This document shows positions 9,998 to 19,603 of a stretch of 64,000 nt of DNA, in pieces. Below the pieces are notes generated by a model. That model was not told the origin of the DNA. It worked only from the letters and a program-made list of their open reading frames with translations, and made no database searches. The first letter of the stretch is position 1. The number at the start of each line of letters is the position of its first letter. The stretch lies in the NCBI GenBank assembly GCA_902601455.1, contig CACKNC010000006.1:6875-70874 (forward strand), given 5' to 3'. This DNA comes from an uncultured Alphaproteobacteria bacterium. GTDB taxonomy: Bacteria > Pseudomonadota > Alphaproteobacteria > HIMB59 > GCA-002718135. The position numbers were made by a program, and so were the translations under genes.

Positions 9998-10033
9998 GCA
10001 TGGTAGACCTAAAAAAAATTTTCGGGAGGAAAT

Positions 10034-11131
10034 ATGAAAAAAATATTTACAGTAGTTTTAGGAACAGTTGTTGTATTAGGGTTTATGACTGTATCTGCAA
10101 AAGCTAAAACACTTAAGTGTCAAACAGTTTTGAATGCAAAAAGTGATGAAGCAAGACTATTAAAAGAAGAGTTTACTGACAGAGTAACGGAGTTAACTGG
10201 TGGATCTTTAAAATTTGAAATAATGCCAGCTGGTACAGTTGTTGGTGGAAAAGAAACACTAGATGCTATTGATAAAGGCTTAATCGATTGTGGTTTTGCT
10301 TGGACTCACTATTGGTCAGGTGAGCATCCTGCTGCAATGTTGTTTGGATCACCTGTTGCAGGTGGTGGTGTAGGTATCGATAACCTTGCTTTTTTATCTT
10401 GGTTTAATGCTGCTGGTGGAAAAGAATTATATGAACAACTTTGGGATGAAATGGATAGAGACATAAAAGGATTTATGCTTCAACCTGTTGGACCAGAAGC
10501 TCTTGGTTGGTTTAAAGAACCAATTAATAGCATGGAAGATTTCAGAAAATATCGTTTTAGAACACCTCCAGGAATACCAGGTCAAACTTATAAAGATATT
10601 GGTATTGCTTCAGTAGCAATGGGTGGTGGAGATATTCTTCCTGCTCTTGAAGCTGGCACAATTGATGCGGCAGAATGGTGTTGTCCAAAACCTGATAGTG
10701 TATTTGGTTTTCAAAAAGTATTAAAACACTATTATCTTCAAGGTTTACACCAAGTTGTTGTAAATGCAGATTTTTATATGAACGGCACTACATATGATGG
10801 CTTAACCGATCATGAAAAAGCTTCATTACAGGTAGCAGCTGATGCATCATTGATGCTAACTTTGTCTGATAGAATCTATGAAAATGGAAAAGCACTTAGA
10901 ATGTTAACAGAAGAAGCTGGTGTAATTTTACATGATACACCTACTGATTATTTTTCTGAGTATATGGCAGCAGCTTTAGCAACTTTAAATAAAAATGCTG
11001 AAGAAAATGAATTTTTTAATGAAGTTTATACTTCTATGAAAGAATTTGCTGATATTGCTGTTCCTTTCTGGAGTGGGGCTCAAATGTCTAATGCTAAGTT
11101 AGGTATGGCTCACGCAGCAACACTCAAATAA
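10034..11131 (+). CDS. TRAP transporter substrate-binding protein (DctP-type)
   Basis: 365 aa. Signal peptide MKKIFTVVLGTVVVLGFMTVSAKA, strong RBS GGGAGGA, followed by DctQ/DctM genes. Confidence 0.85.
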   Translation: MKKIFTVVLGTVVVLGFMTVSAKAKTLKCQTVLNAKSDEARLLKEEFTDRVTELTGGSLKFEIMPAGTVVGGKETLDAIDKGLIDCGFAWTHYWSGEHPAAMLFGSPVAGGGVGIDNLAFLSWFNAAGGKELYEQLWDEMDRDIKGFMLQPVGPEALGWFKEPINSMEDFRKYRFRTPPGIPGQTYKDIGIASVAMGGGDILPALEAGTIDAAEWCCPKPDSVFGFQKVLKHYYLQGLHQVVVNADFYMNGTTYDGLTDHEKASLQVAADASLMLTLSDRIYENGKALRMLTEEAGVILHDTPTDYFSEYMAAALATLNKNAEENEFFNEVYTSMKEFADIAVPFWSGAQMSNAKLGMAHAATLK

Positions 11132-11143
11132 AAAAAAATAAAT

Positions 11144-11170
11144 AAAGAGCGGACTAGTTTCCGCTCTTTT
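11144..11170 (+). terminator. Intercistronic stem-loop plus T-run after the TRAP binding-protein gene
   Basis: AAAGAGCGG (11144-11152) pairs with CCGCTCTTT (11161-11169) across an 8-nt loop. T residues follow. Confidence 0.6.
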
Positions 11171-11189
11171 ATTCCTATAAAACAAAACA

Positions 11190-11798
11190 ATGTCAGACAA
11201 TATTCAGGATTACGATTTAAAAGATGAGTTAATTGCAGAGAGAAAAGTTGGGTATTTTGAAAAACCAACTGATATGTCTGATTTAAATTATAAAATAATT
11301 ATTAATATAGACAAATTTAGTTTGATGATTGGCAGAATTGTCTCATGGATTACTGTGCCTCTATTTCTTTGTATGGCTTATGAAGTTATAGCAAGAAAGT
11401 TTTTTTTAGCTCCAACTTATTGGGCTTATGACATGAGTAGGTTTTTTTATGGTGCTATGTTTATGCTTGGATCAGGATATGCATTATCAAGAGGTGTTCA
11501 TATCAGAGCTGATTTTTTGTATCGTAATTTTAAAGCAAAGACTCAAGGTATTGTTGATTTCTGGTTATACTTATTTTTTTATTTTCCAGGGCTTATATTT
11601 TTTTTATACATGACAACAATTTTTGTAATTGAGTCAATGCAACGTGGTGAAAAAGGTATGGATACTGCATGGATGCCATATATGTGGCCCATCAAATCGT
11701 GTTTGTGGATAGGTATTGTTTTATTGTTAATTCAAGGAATATCTGAATTGTTAAAAAGTCATTATGCAATGAAGAAGGGCAAATGGCCAGGTGAGTAA
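11190..11798 (+). CDS. TRAP transporter small permease (DctQ-type)
   Basis: 202 aa with 4 hydrophobic helices. It lies between the DctP and DctM genes and its stop overlaps the dctM start. Confidence 0.8.
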   Translation: MSDNIQDYDLKDELIAERKVGYFEKPTDMSDLNYKIIINIDKFSLMIGRIVSWITVPLFLCMAYEVIARKFFLAPTYWAYDMSRFFYGAMFMLGSGYALSRGVHIRADFLYRNFKAKTQGIVDFWLYLFFYFPGLIFFLYMTTIFVIESMQRGEKGMDTAWMPYMWPIKSCLWIGIVLLLIQGISELLKSHYAMKKGKWPGE

Positions 11799-13132
11799 TG
11801 ATAGCTGATTTTATTAGTCCAGAGATATTAGGAATTTTTTTAATAGCAGTTATGCTATTTTCTATATTTGTAGGTTTTCCAATTTCTTTCACTCTAATAT
11901 TTCTTGGTTTTGTATTTGGGTACTTAGGTTTTGGAAAATTAGTATTTTATTTAATGACATTGCAATTCTCAATGGTTATGACTGAACAAACATTAGCCGC
12001 CGTTCCGCTGTTTGTTTTTATGGGCATTATGATGGAGCAAGCAGGATTAATGGAAAGATTATTTGCATCAGTTCAAATGATGCTCTCCAGAGTTAGAGGC
12101 TCACTATTTTATGCAGTACTTTTTGTTTCAATAATTTTCGCAGCAGCAACAGGTATAGTTGGAGCATCAGTAACTATACTTGGAATAATGGCTGCTAAAT
12201 CAATGAATAGATCAGGTTATGATGTTAGATTAGCTGCTGGCACAATTACCGCTGGTGGAACACTTGGTATATTAATTCCTCCGAGTATTATGTTAGTTGT
12301 AATGGGTCCGATTATGGAAATACCTGTTACGGATCTTTTTGCAGCAGCGATAATACCGGGAATTATGCTAGCCGTTCTTTATGCGGGATATACAACTATT
12401 CGATGTTACTTAGATCCTTCTCTTGGACCTGTAGTTCCAGAGGAAGATAGAGAAAAAGATATTAAAGTTGTCCTATATGAGTTTTTTATGGGACTTGTTC
12501 CACCTGCCTTATTGGTTTTTTCTGCTCTTGGAAGTATTTTATTAGGCTTAGCTACCCCTACAGAAGCAGCTGGATGTGGAGCTCTTGGAGCAATTGTTTT
12601 GGCACTTGCTTACAGGAAACTTACATTGGAAAAGTTAAAAGATGGTCTTATTAAAACTTTAGAGATAACAGCTTTAATCATGCTCTTAGTTGCGGCTTCA
12701 AATTTCTTTGGTGCAGTTTTTGCTCGATTAGGAACTCCAACAATGATTACTGACTTTTTACTTTCACTTGAAGTTAATCGATATTTAATTTTATTTATAG
12801 TTATGGGAATGATTTTTCTATTAGGATGGCCATTGGAATGGGTGCCTATTGTATTAATTGTTGTTCCAATTATTTTACCTCTTATCGAAGGATTAGGATT
12901 TAACCTTATATGGTTTGCAATACTTGTTGCAGTTAATTTACAAACAGCCTGGCTCTCACCACCTGTCGCCTTATCTGCGTATTTCTTAAAAGGTGTTGTG
13001 CCTGAATGGGATTTAAAAGATATCTACATTGGAATGATGCAATTTATGGTTATTCAAGTGATTGGTTTAATCTTAATTGTAATATTCCCTCAGATTGCTT
13101 TATGGCTTCCTAACTATATTTACGGTAGTTAA
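11798..13132 (+). CDS. TRAP transporter large permease (DctM-type)
   Basis: 444 aa polytopic protein. Typical DctM blocks: AVPLFVFMGIMMEQAGL, TGIVGASVT and GTLGILIPPS. Confidence 0.9.
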   Translation: MIADFISPEILGIFLIAVMLFSIFVGFPISFTLIFLGFVFGYLGFGKLVFYLMTLQFSMVMTEQTLAAVPLFVFMGIMMEQAGLMERLFASVQMMLSRVRGSLFYAVLFVSIIFAAATGIVGASVTILGIMAAKSMNRSGYDVRLAAGTITAGGTLGILIPPSIMLVVMGPIMEIPVTDLFAAAIIPGIMLAVLYAGYTTIRCYLDPSLGPVVPEEDREKDIKVVLYEFFMGLVPPALLVFSALGSILLGLATPTEAAGCGALGAIVLALAYRKLTLEKLKDGLIKTLEITALIMLLVAASNFFGAVFARLGTPTMITDFLLSLEVNRYLILFIVMGMIFLLGWPLEWVPIVLIVVPIILPLIEGLGFNLIWFAILVAVNLQTAWLSPPVALSAYFLKGVVPEWDLKDIYIGMMQFMVIQVIGLILIVIFPQIALWLPNYIYGS

Positions 13133-14145
13133 TGTTAGAATATGTATATTTAATTTTAGGTTTCATTGGTTTAATTTTAGGGGCAGAAATATTAATTAGA
13201 GGTTCAGTAAATTTAGCCAATATCTTAAAGGTATCTCCTTTTATCATTGGGGTTGTTATAGTTGCAGCAGGTACAAGTTTGCCAGAACTGGCTTCATCAC
13301 TTCAGTCAATTAATCTTGGCTTTAAAGATATTGTTATAGGAAATGTTATTGGCTCTAATGTTGCTAATATTTTACTTATAATAGGAGTAGTTTCTCTGAT
13401 CAATCCAATTGTGGAAGTAAAATCTTCTATAGATTCATCTTTTTCACTAGTTCATAAAATAGGTTATTATGTTAGTAAAAATATATCTGATTTCGTTGCT
13501 ATTATTTCTTCATTAATTTTTATTTTTTTTTGTTATAGAGGCACAATAACTTGGATTGATGGTTTATTAATGCTTTTGTGTTTATCAATTTTCTTAATTT
13601 CAATTCTTGTGAAAGATAAAGCAGATTTTCAAGAAGAAACAGATAAATCAATGTCATTATGGTTATGTGCTGTTTTGATAATACTAGGTTTGCTTGCAGT
13701 GATATATGGATCAAATTTATTTATTTTGGGAGCTACAGATATTGCAAATAATTTTGGTTTATCAGAAACTGTAATTGGAATTACTATTATTGCAATAGGA
13801 ACATCTCTTCCTGAGTTAGTCACAGGTATTCTAGCAGCATTAAAAAAGCAAACTGATTTTGCAATTGGAAATATATTAGGCTCAAACATTTATAATGTTT
13901 TTGGAGTTTTGGGTATCTCTTCTCTTTTTTCTAATTTAGAAATGCCTTTTAATTTAGAGCGAAAACTTAGAATTGAAGAGCTCTCTATTCATTTTAATTT
14001 ACCAACAATAACATTTGATGCTTGGCTTGTATTTTTCATAACTCTATTGTTTGTTTTACTAATGAGAGTTAGGCATAAAATAGGTAAACTAACAGGAATT
14101 ATATTTTTAATTATTTACGGTTTTTATATTTTTACGATAATTTAA
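13132..14145 (+). CDS. Ca2+/Na+ (CaCA-family, YrbG-like) antiporter
   Basis: 337 aa with two alpha-repeat motifs (AAGTSLPELASS and AIGTSLPELVTG, each followed by GNVIGSN/GNILGSN). Confidence 0.85.
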   Translation: MLEYVYLILGFIGLILGAEILIRGSVNLANILKVSPFIIGVVIVAAGTSLPELASSLQSINLGFKDIVIGNVIGSNVANILLIIGVVSLINPIVEVKSSIDSSFSLVHKIGYYVSKNISDFVAIISSLIFIFFCYRGTITWIDGLLMLLCLSIFLISILVKDKADFQEETDKSMSLWLCAVLIILGLLAVIYGSNLFILGATDIANNFGLSETVIGITIIAIGTSLPELVTGILAALKKQTDFAIGNILGSNIYNVFGVLGISSLFSNLEMPFNLERKLRIEELSIHFNLPTITFDAWLVFFITLLFVLLMRVRHKIGKLTGIIFLIIYGFYIFTII

Positions 14146-14150
14146 ATTTC

Positions 14151-14528
14151 TTATAAATTATTTTCTCCCAATACTTTTTTAGCTATTCTAAAACATTCTA
14201 ACGCCTGAGGTACACCACAGTAAATTCCAATTACATGAATAATTGCTCTGATTTCCTCTTTATTTACCCCATTAGTTATTGCCCCCCTACAATGTATTTC
14301 CCATTCATGCATTTTACCCAGTGCACCAATCATTGATAAATTCATCATTGAGCGCGTTTTCATATCTATGACTTCGTCTCCCCATCCAAAACCCCAACAC
14401 CATTCTGTCATTGCTTTCTGAAAAGGTAATGTAAAATCATCAGCTTGTTCAAGGTTTTTTTCAACGTACTCTTTACCTAATGTTGCCTTTCTTTTTTCTA
14501 GTCCTTTTTTAAATAACTCTTCATCCAT
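14151..14528 (-). CDS. Carboxymuconolactone decarboxylase (AhpD-like) family protein
   Basis: 125 aa. The size and blocks (FQKAMTEWCWGFGWGD, RSMMNLSMIGALG, HCRGAITNG, IGIYCGVPQAL) fit gamma-CMD family proteins. Confidence 0.7.
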   Translation of the reverse strand: MDEELFKKGLEKRKATLGKEYVEKNLEQADDFTLPFQKAMTEWCWGFGWGDEVIDMKTRSMMNLSMIGALGKMHEWEIHCRGAITNGVNKEEIRAIIHVIGIYCGVPQALECFRIAKKVLGENNL

Positions 14529-14607
14529 ATAACCTCACTTTAAAGTTGATAATTATCTTACTATAGCAATTTATAAATTTAATTAATAGATATTAAGTAA
14601 CACAAAA

Positions 14608-16650
14608 TTAAATATTTATTAAAAGTCTCAATGCATCATAAATCGCAGCATGGATATTTCGAGAAGAGACAGCATCACCAATTCTGAATAGATAAAAATG
14701 ATTATTATTATTTCTAATAATATTTTGTTGGGTACCGTTTATAAACTTAGCGTAATCAATTTCTCCTTGATTTTTTGAATCAGTTACAAGGTCAAAGTAC
14801 AATTCATCCAATGGTTTAACTCCATAATTAACAAATATTTGATCATATACTTTGTTGAATTTAAATTTTTCATCATAATCTGAGCCAAACAAAGCATTAA
14901 GTTTATTTCCCTCCAGTGAAACTGCCAATAATCTTTTAGCAATTGAATAGGTAATATTTTTATTTTGTAAATTTTTTATATAAGGCGTTAAATTCATTCC
15001 CATAATTTCTGATGAAATCAATCTATCAGGTGTCATAAATTCAACTTTAGCGCCTTCACTAATTGCAATTTCTGCTGACTGCATCGCAGTGTGATCACCT
15101 ACTTCATCGTAAATTAAAATATTTTCTGATAATTTGATATCTCCTGAAATAATGTCCCAACTTGTGTAAATATTTTCTAGCTCAGTTTTAGTTTCAAACA
15201 ATTCTAGGTTGGGTATTCCTCCCGTAGCAATTATTATTGTATCAGGCTTGTCTTCGATAATATCTTTTTTTTCTGCTAAAACATTAAAATTAAATTTAAC
15301 ATTTCTTTTTGTACATTGCTCCATCCTCCAGTCAATAATTCCCATCATATCTTTTCTTCTGTCCGATTTTGCACAAAGTCTTACTTGTCCTCCTGGATCA
15401 GGTGCTGCTTCAAAAACAATCACTTCGTGACCCCTCTCTGAAGCAATTCTTGCCGATTCAAGACCACCTGGTCCAGCTCCAACAATAGCAATTCTTTTCT
15501 TTGTTTTTGATTTAGTAATGATGTTTGGAAATTTTAATTCTCTTCCAGTTACAGCGTTATGAATACATAATGCTTCTTCTCCTTGATATATCCTATCTAA
15601 ACAAAAAGTGGCTCCCACACATGGTCTTATGTCATCTTCTCTTTTTTCTTTAATTTTTTTTACTATGTGTGGATCAGCTAAATGACCTCTAGTCATACCA
15701 ATCATATCAACTAGGCCATTTGAAATAGCGTATCTTGCCGTTGCAACATCGGAAATTTTTGATGCATGAAATATAGGTAAGTTTACTTCCTTTTTTATTT
15801 CTGCAGCAAATTCTAAATGAGGAGCACTTCTCATACCCTGTATTGGAATATGTTTAGTTAAGATTGGATCTGTATGTATTCTTCCTCGGTTAATATTTAG
15901 ATAATCTACTAAGCCTGAGTTCGATAAAATTTTTGCTGTCTCTAAACCCTCAGATTTTGTAATACCACCTTCTTCAACTTCATCAAAGACACAACGTATT
16001 CCAACAATAAATTCTTTTCCAACTTTTTTTCTAATTTCCGAAAGAACATCAATAGTAAACCGCAATCTGTTTTCAAAATTCCCTCCATATTCTGATTCTA
16101 ATTCATTGGTTAAAGGAGACATAAATTGCCCTATTAGATGACCTTGGGCTTCAAGTTCCACCCCATCCATACCACCTTCTTTCATTCTTTGTGCTGCATC
16201 ACCATATTCTTTTATAATTCTCTTAATATCCCAACTTTCTACAATTTTTGGGAAAGCTTTATGTGCTGGTTCACGATGTTTTCCAGATGATACAGAAGGA
16301 AGCCAATCTCCTTTACTCCAAGACGTTCTTCTTCCCAGATGGGTTAATTGAATCATTATTTTGCAATCCTGGTCATGGATAGCTGTAGTTAATTTTTTGA
16401 TCCAAGGAACTACTTCATCTTTGTAAACATGAATATTATCAAACGAAGGAGGGCTATCTTTTGAAACAACTGCAGATCCTGCTGTCATAGTCATAGCTAT
16501 TCCTCCTTTTGCTCTCTCCAAATGATAGGCTATATATCTGTCTTTTGGAAATCCATCTTCATTGTATGCTGGTTCGTGACTCGTAGTTATAATACGGTTT
16601 TTTAAATGAAGATTTTTTAGTTGAAAAGGTTCTAATAAAGCATCAACCAT
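14608..16650 (-). CDS. OYE-like FMN oxidoreductase fused to an FAD/NAD(P)-binding domain (2,4-dienoyl-CoA reductase / N-methylproline or dimethylglycine demethylase-like)
   Basis: 680 aa. The N-terminal TIM-barrel flavin oxidoreductase begins PFQLKNLHLKNRIITTSH. A central Cys region reads RPCVGATFCLDRIYQGEEALCIHN. The Rossmann motif is IAIVGAGPGGLESA. Confidence 0.8.
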   Translation of the reverse strand: MVDALLEPFQLKNLHLKNRIITTSHEPAYNEDGFPKDRYIAYHLERAKGGIAMTMTAGSAVVSKDSPPSFDNIHVYKDEVVPWIKKLTTAIHDQDCKIMIQLTHLGRRTSWSKGDWLPSVSSGKHREPAHKAFPKIVESWDIKRIIKEYGDAAQRMKEGGMDGVELEAQGHLIGQFMSPLTNELESEYGGNFENRLRFTIDVLSEIRKKVGKEFIVGIRCVFDEVEEGGITKSEGLETAKILSNSGLVDYLNINRGRIHTDPILTKHIPIQGMRSAPHLEFAAEIKKEVNLPIFHASKISDVATARYAISNGLVDMIGMTRGHLADPHIVKKIKEKREDDIRPCVGATFCLDRIYQGEEALCIHNAVTGRELKFPNIITKSKTKKRIAIVGAGPGGLESARIASERGHEVIVFEAAPDPGGQVRLCAKSDRRKDMMGIIDWRMEQCTKRNVKFNFNVLAEKKDIIEDKPDTIIIATGGIPNLELFETKTELENIYTSWDIISGDIKLSENILIYDEVGDHTAMQSAEIAISEGAKVEFMTPDRLISSEIMGMNLTPYIKNLQNKNITYSIAKRLLAVSLEGNKLNALFGSDYDEKFKFNKVYDQIFVNYGVKPLDELYFDLVTDSKNQGEIDYAKFINGTQQNIIRNNNNHFYLFRIGDAVSSRNIHAAIYDALRLLINI

Positions 16651-16658
16651 GTATTATT

Positions 16659-17858
16659 TTAATTTTTTGAAAAATCATTATCAATTAATGAGGTGGCTAC
16701 CCACTTATTAAAATGATGTGTTGGGTTATCAAGAGCAGGTGAAAAATTTCCACCATTGTAAACTGGAGAATTTCTTCCTTCCTGCATACCTTCAATAATA
16801 TTTAAATCTTCTGATTGAATACTATACCATTGATCATAATTCTGTTTTCTCAGTGATTTATATTTATCCCCTCGAGCTGCTTCTTCTCCAACATAATAAA
16901 TTTCCATATGTTCTATTGTAAAATTGTGTGCAGTAGGTTCCAACCAATAAGCATAATAATGATCTTTATGAATTCCTAACATAACATTTGGAAACAAAGC
17001 TACATATTCAGCATGTTCTTCTTTTTCTTTTGACCAGCCAGGAAAAGTTGGAAATTTTTCATTATTTTTAAATCTTGGATTATAAACAAGAGTCCCCTGA
17101 CCTGCAAAACGATTGGGCAAACCCTGAATATGATAGTGATCGTCAATTTTGGAATAAGCATTTAAACCAGGATGCACAAAAGGAAGATGATAACTCTCAC
17201 AGTAATTTTCTATTGCAAACTTCCAATTACATTTTGCTTCTAATTTAAAATATCCATAATCATTAGCATGACAAATCATTTGTTGATCTTCTTTACTCCA
17301 AAATGAAGACCATCTATCTTCAAGAGGCTTGATGTACTTTTTAAATGGTAATTCATTTTCAGAAATATTTATCATTATTAAATCTAACCAGATGTACGAT
17401 CTCACTTCTTTTAACCCACTTTTTGTTTTATCAAAATCGACGTGATGATGTTTATTTACACCTCCAAGATGGGGAGTAGCAACAAGTTTTCCTTCAAAGT
17501 CATATGACCAGGAATGATAGGGACATCTCATAACATTTTTAAGAGAGCAACTTTCCTGAATTAATTTATATCCTCGATGACTACAAACATTATGAAAAAC
17601 TCTAATTTTGTTTTTTTTATCTCTTACTATTATTAGAGGAATACCTAGTAAATCAAATGGCTTAGTATCTCCTGGATTTGGAAGTGAACTTGCTACACCA
17701 ATGGTAACCCATTTGTCTTCGAAGATTTTTTTACGCTCAATATTAGCGTAAGGTCCATTTAAATAACACTCATTTGGAAGTCCGTGTGCTTTTTCTATAG
17801 ACTCACTAACAACATTTAACTTTTCTTTATCGATGATTTTGTATATTTCTTTTTCCAT
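16659..17858 (-). CDS. Rieske [2Fe-2S] non-heme-iron oxygenase alpha-type subunit (GbcA/Stc2/CntA-like N-demethylating oxygenase candidate)
   Basis: 399 aa. The Rieske motif is CSHRGYKL...CPYHSWSY. The mononuclear iron region is ENYCESYHLPFVHPG. No reductase gene is adjacent. Confidence 0.8.
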   Translation of the reverse strand: MEKEIYKIIDKEKLNVVSESIEKAHGLPNECYLNGPYANIERKKIFEDKWVTIGVASSLPNPGDTKPFDLLGIPLIIVRDKKNKIRVFHNVCSHRGYKLIQESCSLKNVMRCPYHSWSYDFEGKLVATPHLGGVNKHHHVDFDKTKSGLKEVRSYIWLDLIMINISENELPFKKYIKPLEDRWSSFWSKEDQQMICHANDYGYFKLEAKCNWKFAIENYCESYHLPFVHPGLNAYSKIDDHYHIQGLPNRFAGQGTLVYNPRFKNNEKFPTFPGWSKEKEEHAEYVALFPNVMLGIHKDHYYAYWLEPTAHNFTIEHMEIYYVGEEAARGDKYKSLRKQNYDQWYSIQSEDLNIIEGMQEGRNSPVYNGGNFSPALDNPTHHFNKWVATSLIDNDFSKN

Positions 17859-17906
17859 TAAAACCTATCAAAACACTAATTTAGGTTCTATAAATGTCAA
17901 ATTAAA

Positions 17907-18698
17907 ATGATTAAGAATAATGAATTGTTGCTTGAAATTTGTAAAATTTCTTTACTTGCTGGTGATGAAATTCTTCAAATTTATAATGATAAAATTGAGG
18001 TAGTTCAAAAAAAAGATCTCTCTCCATTAACCAAAGCAGATATTGCTTCTAATAGAATAATTCTGCGTTCATTAGAGGTTATAGATAATAGCATTCCAGT
18101 TTTAAGTGAAGAATCTCTTATAAATTGGAATGAAAGAAAAAAATGGAATAAATATTGGTTAGTTGATCCCTTAGATGGAACAAAAGAATTTATAAAAAAA
18201 AATGGTGAATTTACTGTTAATATTGCTTTAATAGAAAACAATAAACCAATTCTTGGAGTAATATACGTTCCTACAAAATCTACTTTGTATTTTGCTCAAC
18301 AAAATTTTGGATCTTTTAAAATTAATATTACTTCAGAACTAAAAAATCTTGATGGAGCAAAAAAAATATTTGTATCAAACCAAAAAATTATTCAACGTGT
18401 AATAGGTAGTCGATCTCATTCAAATCAAGATTTTGATGAATGGGTAAAAAATAATTTTCCTAATTCGTTAATTGTTCAAGCAGGAAGTTCATATAAATTT
18501 TGTTTAATTGCTGAAGGTTCTGCTGATATATACCCTCGATTTGGTCCAACTTCAGAATGGGATATAGCTGCTGGACATATAATAGTTAATGAGGCTGGCG
18601 GAAAAGTTAGAACATTTGATAATACTGATATAAAATATAACACAAAAGAGGATCTGCTTAATCCTCACTTTTATGCTATAGGCAAATTTAAAATTTAA
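17907..18698 (+). CDS. cysQ: 3'(2'),5'-bisphosphate nucleotidase
   Basis: 263 aa. Inositol monophosphatase-family motifs [17 protein letters not shown] and WDIAAG. It lies directly upstream of cysD. Confidence 0.85.
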   Translation: MIKNNELLLEICKISLLAGDEILQIYNDKIEVVQKKDLSPLTKADIASNRIILRSLEVIDNSIPVLSEESLINWNERKKWNKYWLVDPLDGTKEFIKKNGEFTVNIALIENNKPILGVIYVPTKSTLYFAQQNFGSFKINITSELKNLDGAKKIFVSNQKIIQRVIGSRSHSNQDFDEWVKNNFPNSLIVQAGSSYKFCLIAEGSADIYPRFGPTSEWDIAAGHIIVNEAGGKVRTFDNTDIKYNTKEDLLNPHFYAIGKFKI

Positions 18699-18703
18699 AT
18701 ATT

Positions 18704-19603
18704 ATGAAATTATCACATTTAGCAAAACTAGAGTCTGAAAGTATTCATATTATTCGAGAAGTGGCATCTGAATTTGAAAATCCAGTAATGCTTTATTCGA
18801 TTGGTAAGGACTCTGCTGTAATGCTTCATTTAGCCTTAAAAGCTTTTTCTCCGGGAAAACTACCATTTAAATTATTGCACGTAGATACAACATGGAAGTT
18901 TAAAGAAATGATTAAATTTCGTGATGAAATAGTTAAAAAAAATGATTTAGATTTGATAGTGCACATAAACGATGAAGGAGTAAAAAATAATATAGGTCCA
19001 ATTACACATGGGTCAAAACTTCATACTGATGTGATGAAAACTCAAGCTTTAAAACAAGCTTTAAATAAATATAAGTTTGACGCTGCATTTGGTGGAGCTA
19101 GAAGAGATGAAGAAAAATCAAGAGCCAAAGAGAGAATATTTTCTTTTCGTGATGAAAATCATCATTGGGATCCTAAAAACCAAAGACCAGAATTATGGCA
19201 TTTATATAATACAAAAATTGATAAAGGCGAAAGTGTAAGAGTTTTTCCTTTATCAAATTGGACTGAATTAGATGTATGGCAATATATCTATCAAGAAAAA
19301 ATTGAAATTGTTCCTTTATACTTAGCTGCAATTCGTCCAATTATAAAAAGAGACAATCTTCTTCTTATGGTTGATGATAAAAGACTAGATGTCAGAGAAT
19401 CTGAAACTATTAAGAATAAGTTAGTGCGTTTTAGAACATTAGGTTGTTATCCTCTCACAGGTGCAATTGAGTCTAATGCAAAATCAGTTGAAGAAATTAT
19501 TTTAGAATTAATTCAAAGCAAAAACTCTGAAAGAGAAGGTAGAGCAATTGATAAAGATCAAATTGGTTCTATGGAAAAAAAGAAACAAGAAGGTTATTTT
19601 TGA
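18704..19603 (+). CDS. cysD: Sulfate adenylyltransferase subunit 2
   Basis: 299 aa. PAPS-reductase-fold N-terminus [12 protein letters not shown]...MLYSIGKDS, plus [18 protein letters not shown] and [13 protein letters not shown]. Confidence 0.9.
   Translation: MKLSHLAKLESESIHIIREVASEFENPVMLYSIGKDSAVMLHLALKAFSPGKLPFKLLHVDTTWKFKEMIKFRDEIVKKNDLDLIVHINDEGVKNNIGPITHGSKLHTDVMKTQALKQALNKYKFDAAFGGARRDEEKSRAKERIFSFRDENHHWDPKNQRPELWHLYNTKIDKGESVRVFPLSNWTELDVWQYIYQEKIEIVPLYLAAIRPIIKRDNLLLMVDDKRLDVRESETIKNKLVRFRTLGCYPLTGAIESNAKSVEEIILELIQSKNSEREGRAIDKDQIGSMEKKKQEGYF

Noticed and set aside
9793-10033. A 240-bp, extremely AT-rich spacer with repeated tatttttttatt-type words. I considered a CRISPR remnant, a tandem repeat or a small RNA gene.
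   Set aside because: The repeats are low-complexity A/T runs of irregular spacing, with no conserved repeat unit and no stable stem. The only structured element is the 14-bp palindrome, reported separately. It most likely holds divergent promoters with curved/UP-like DNA.
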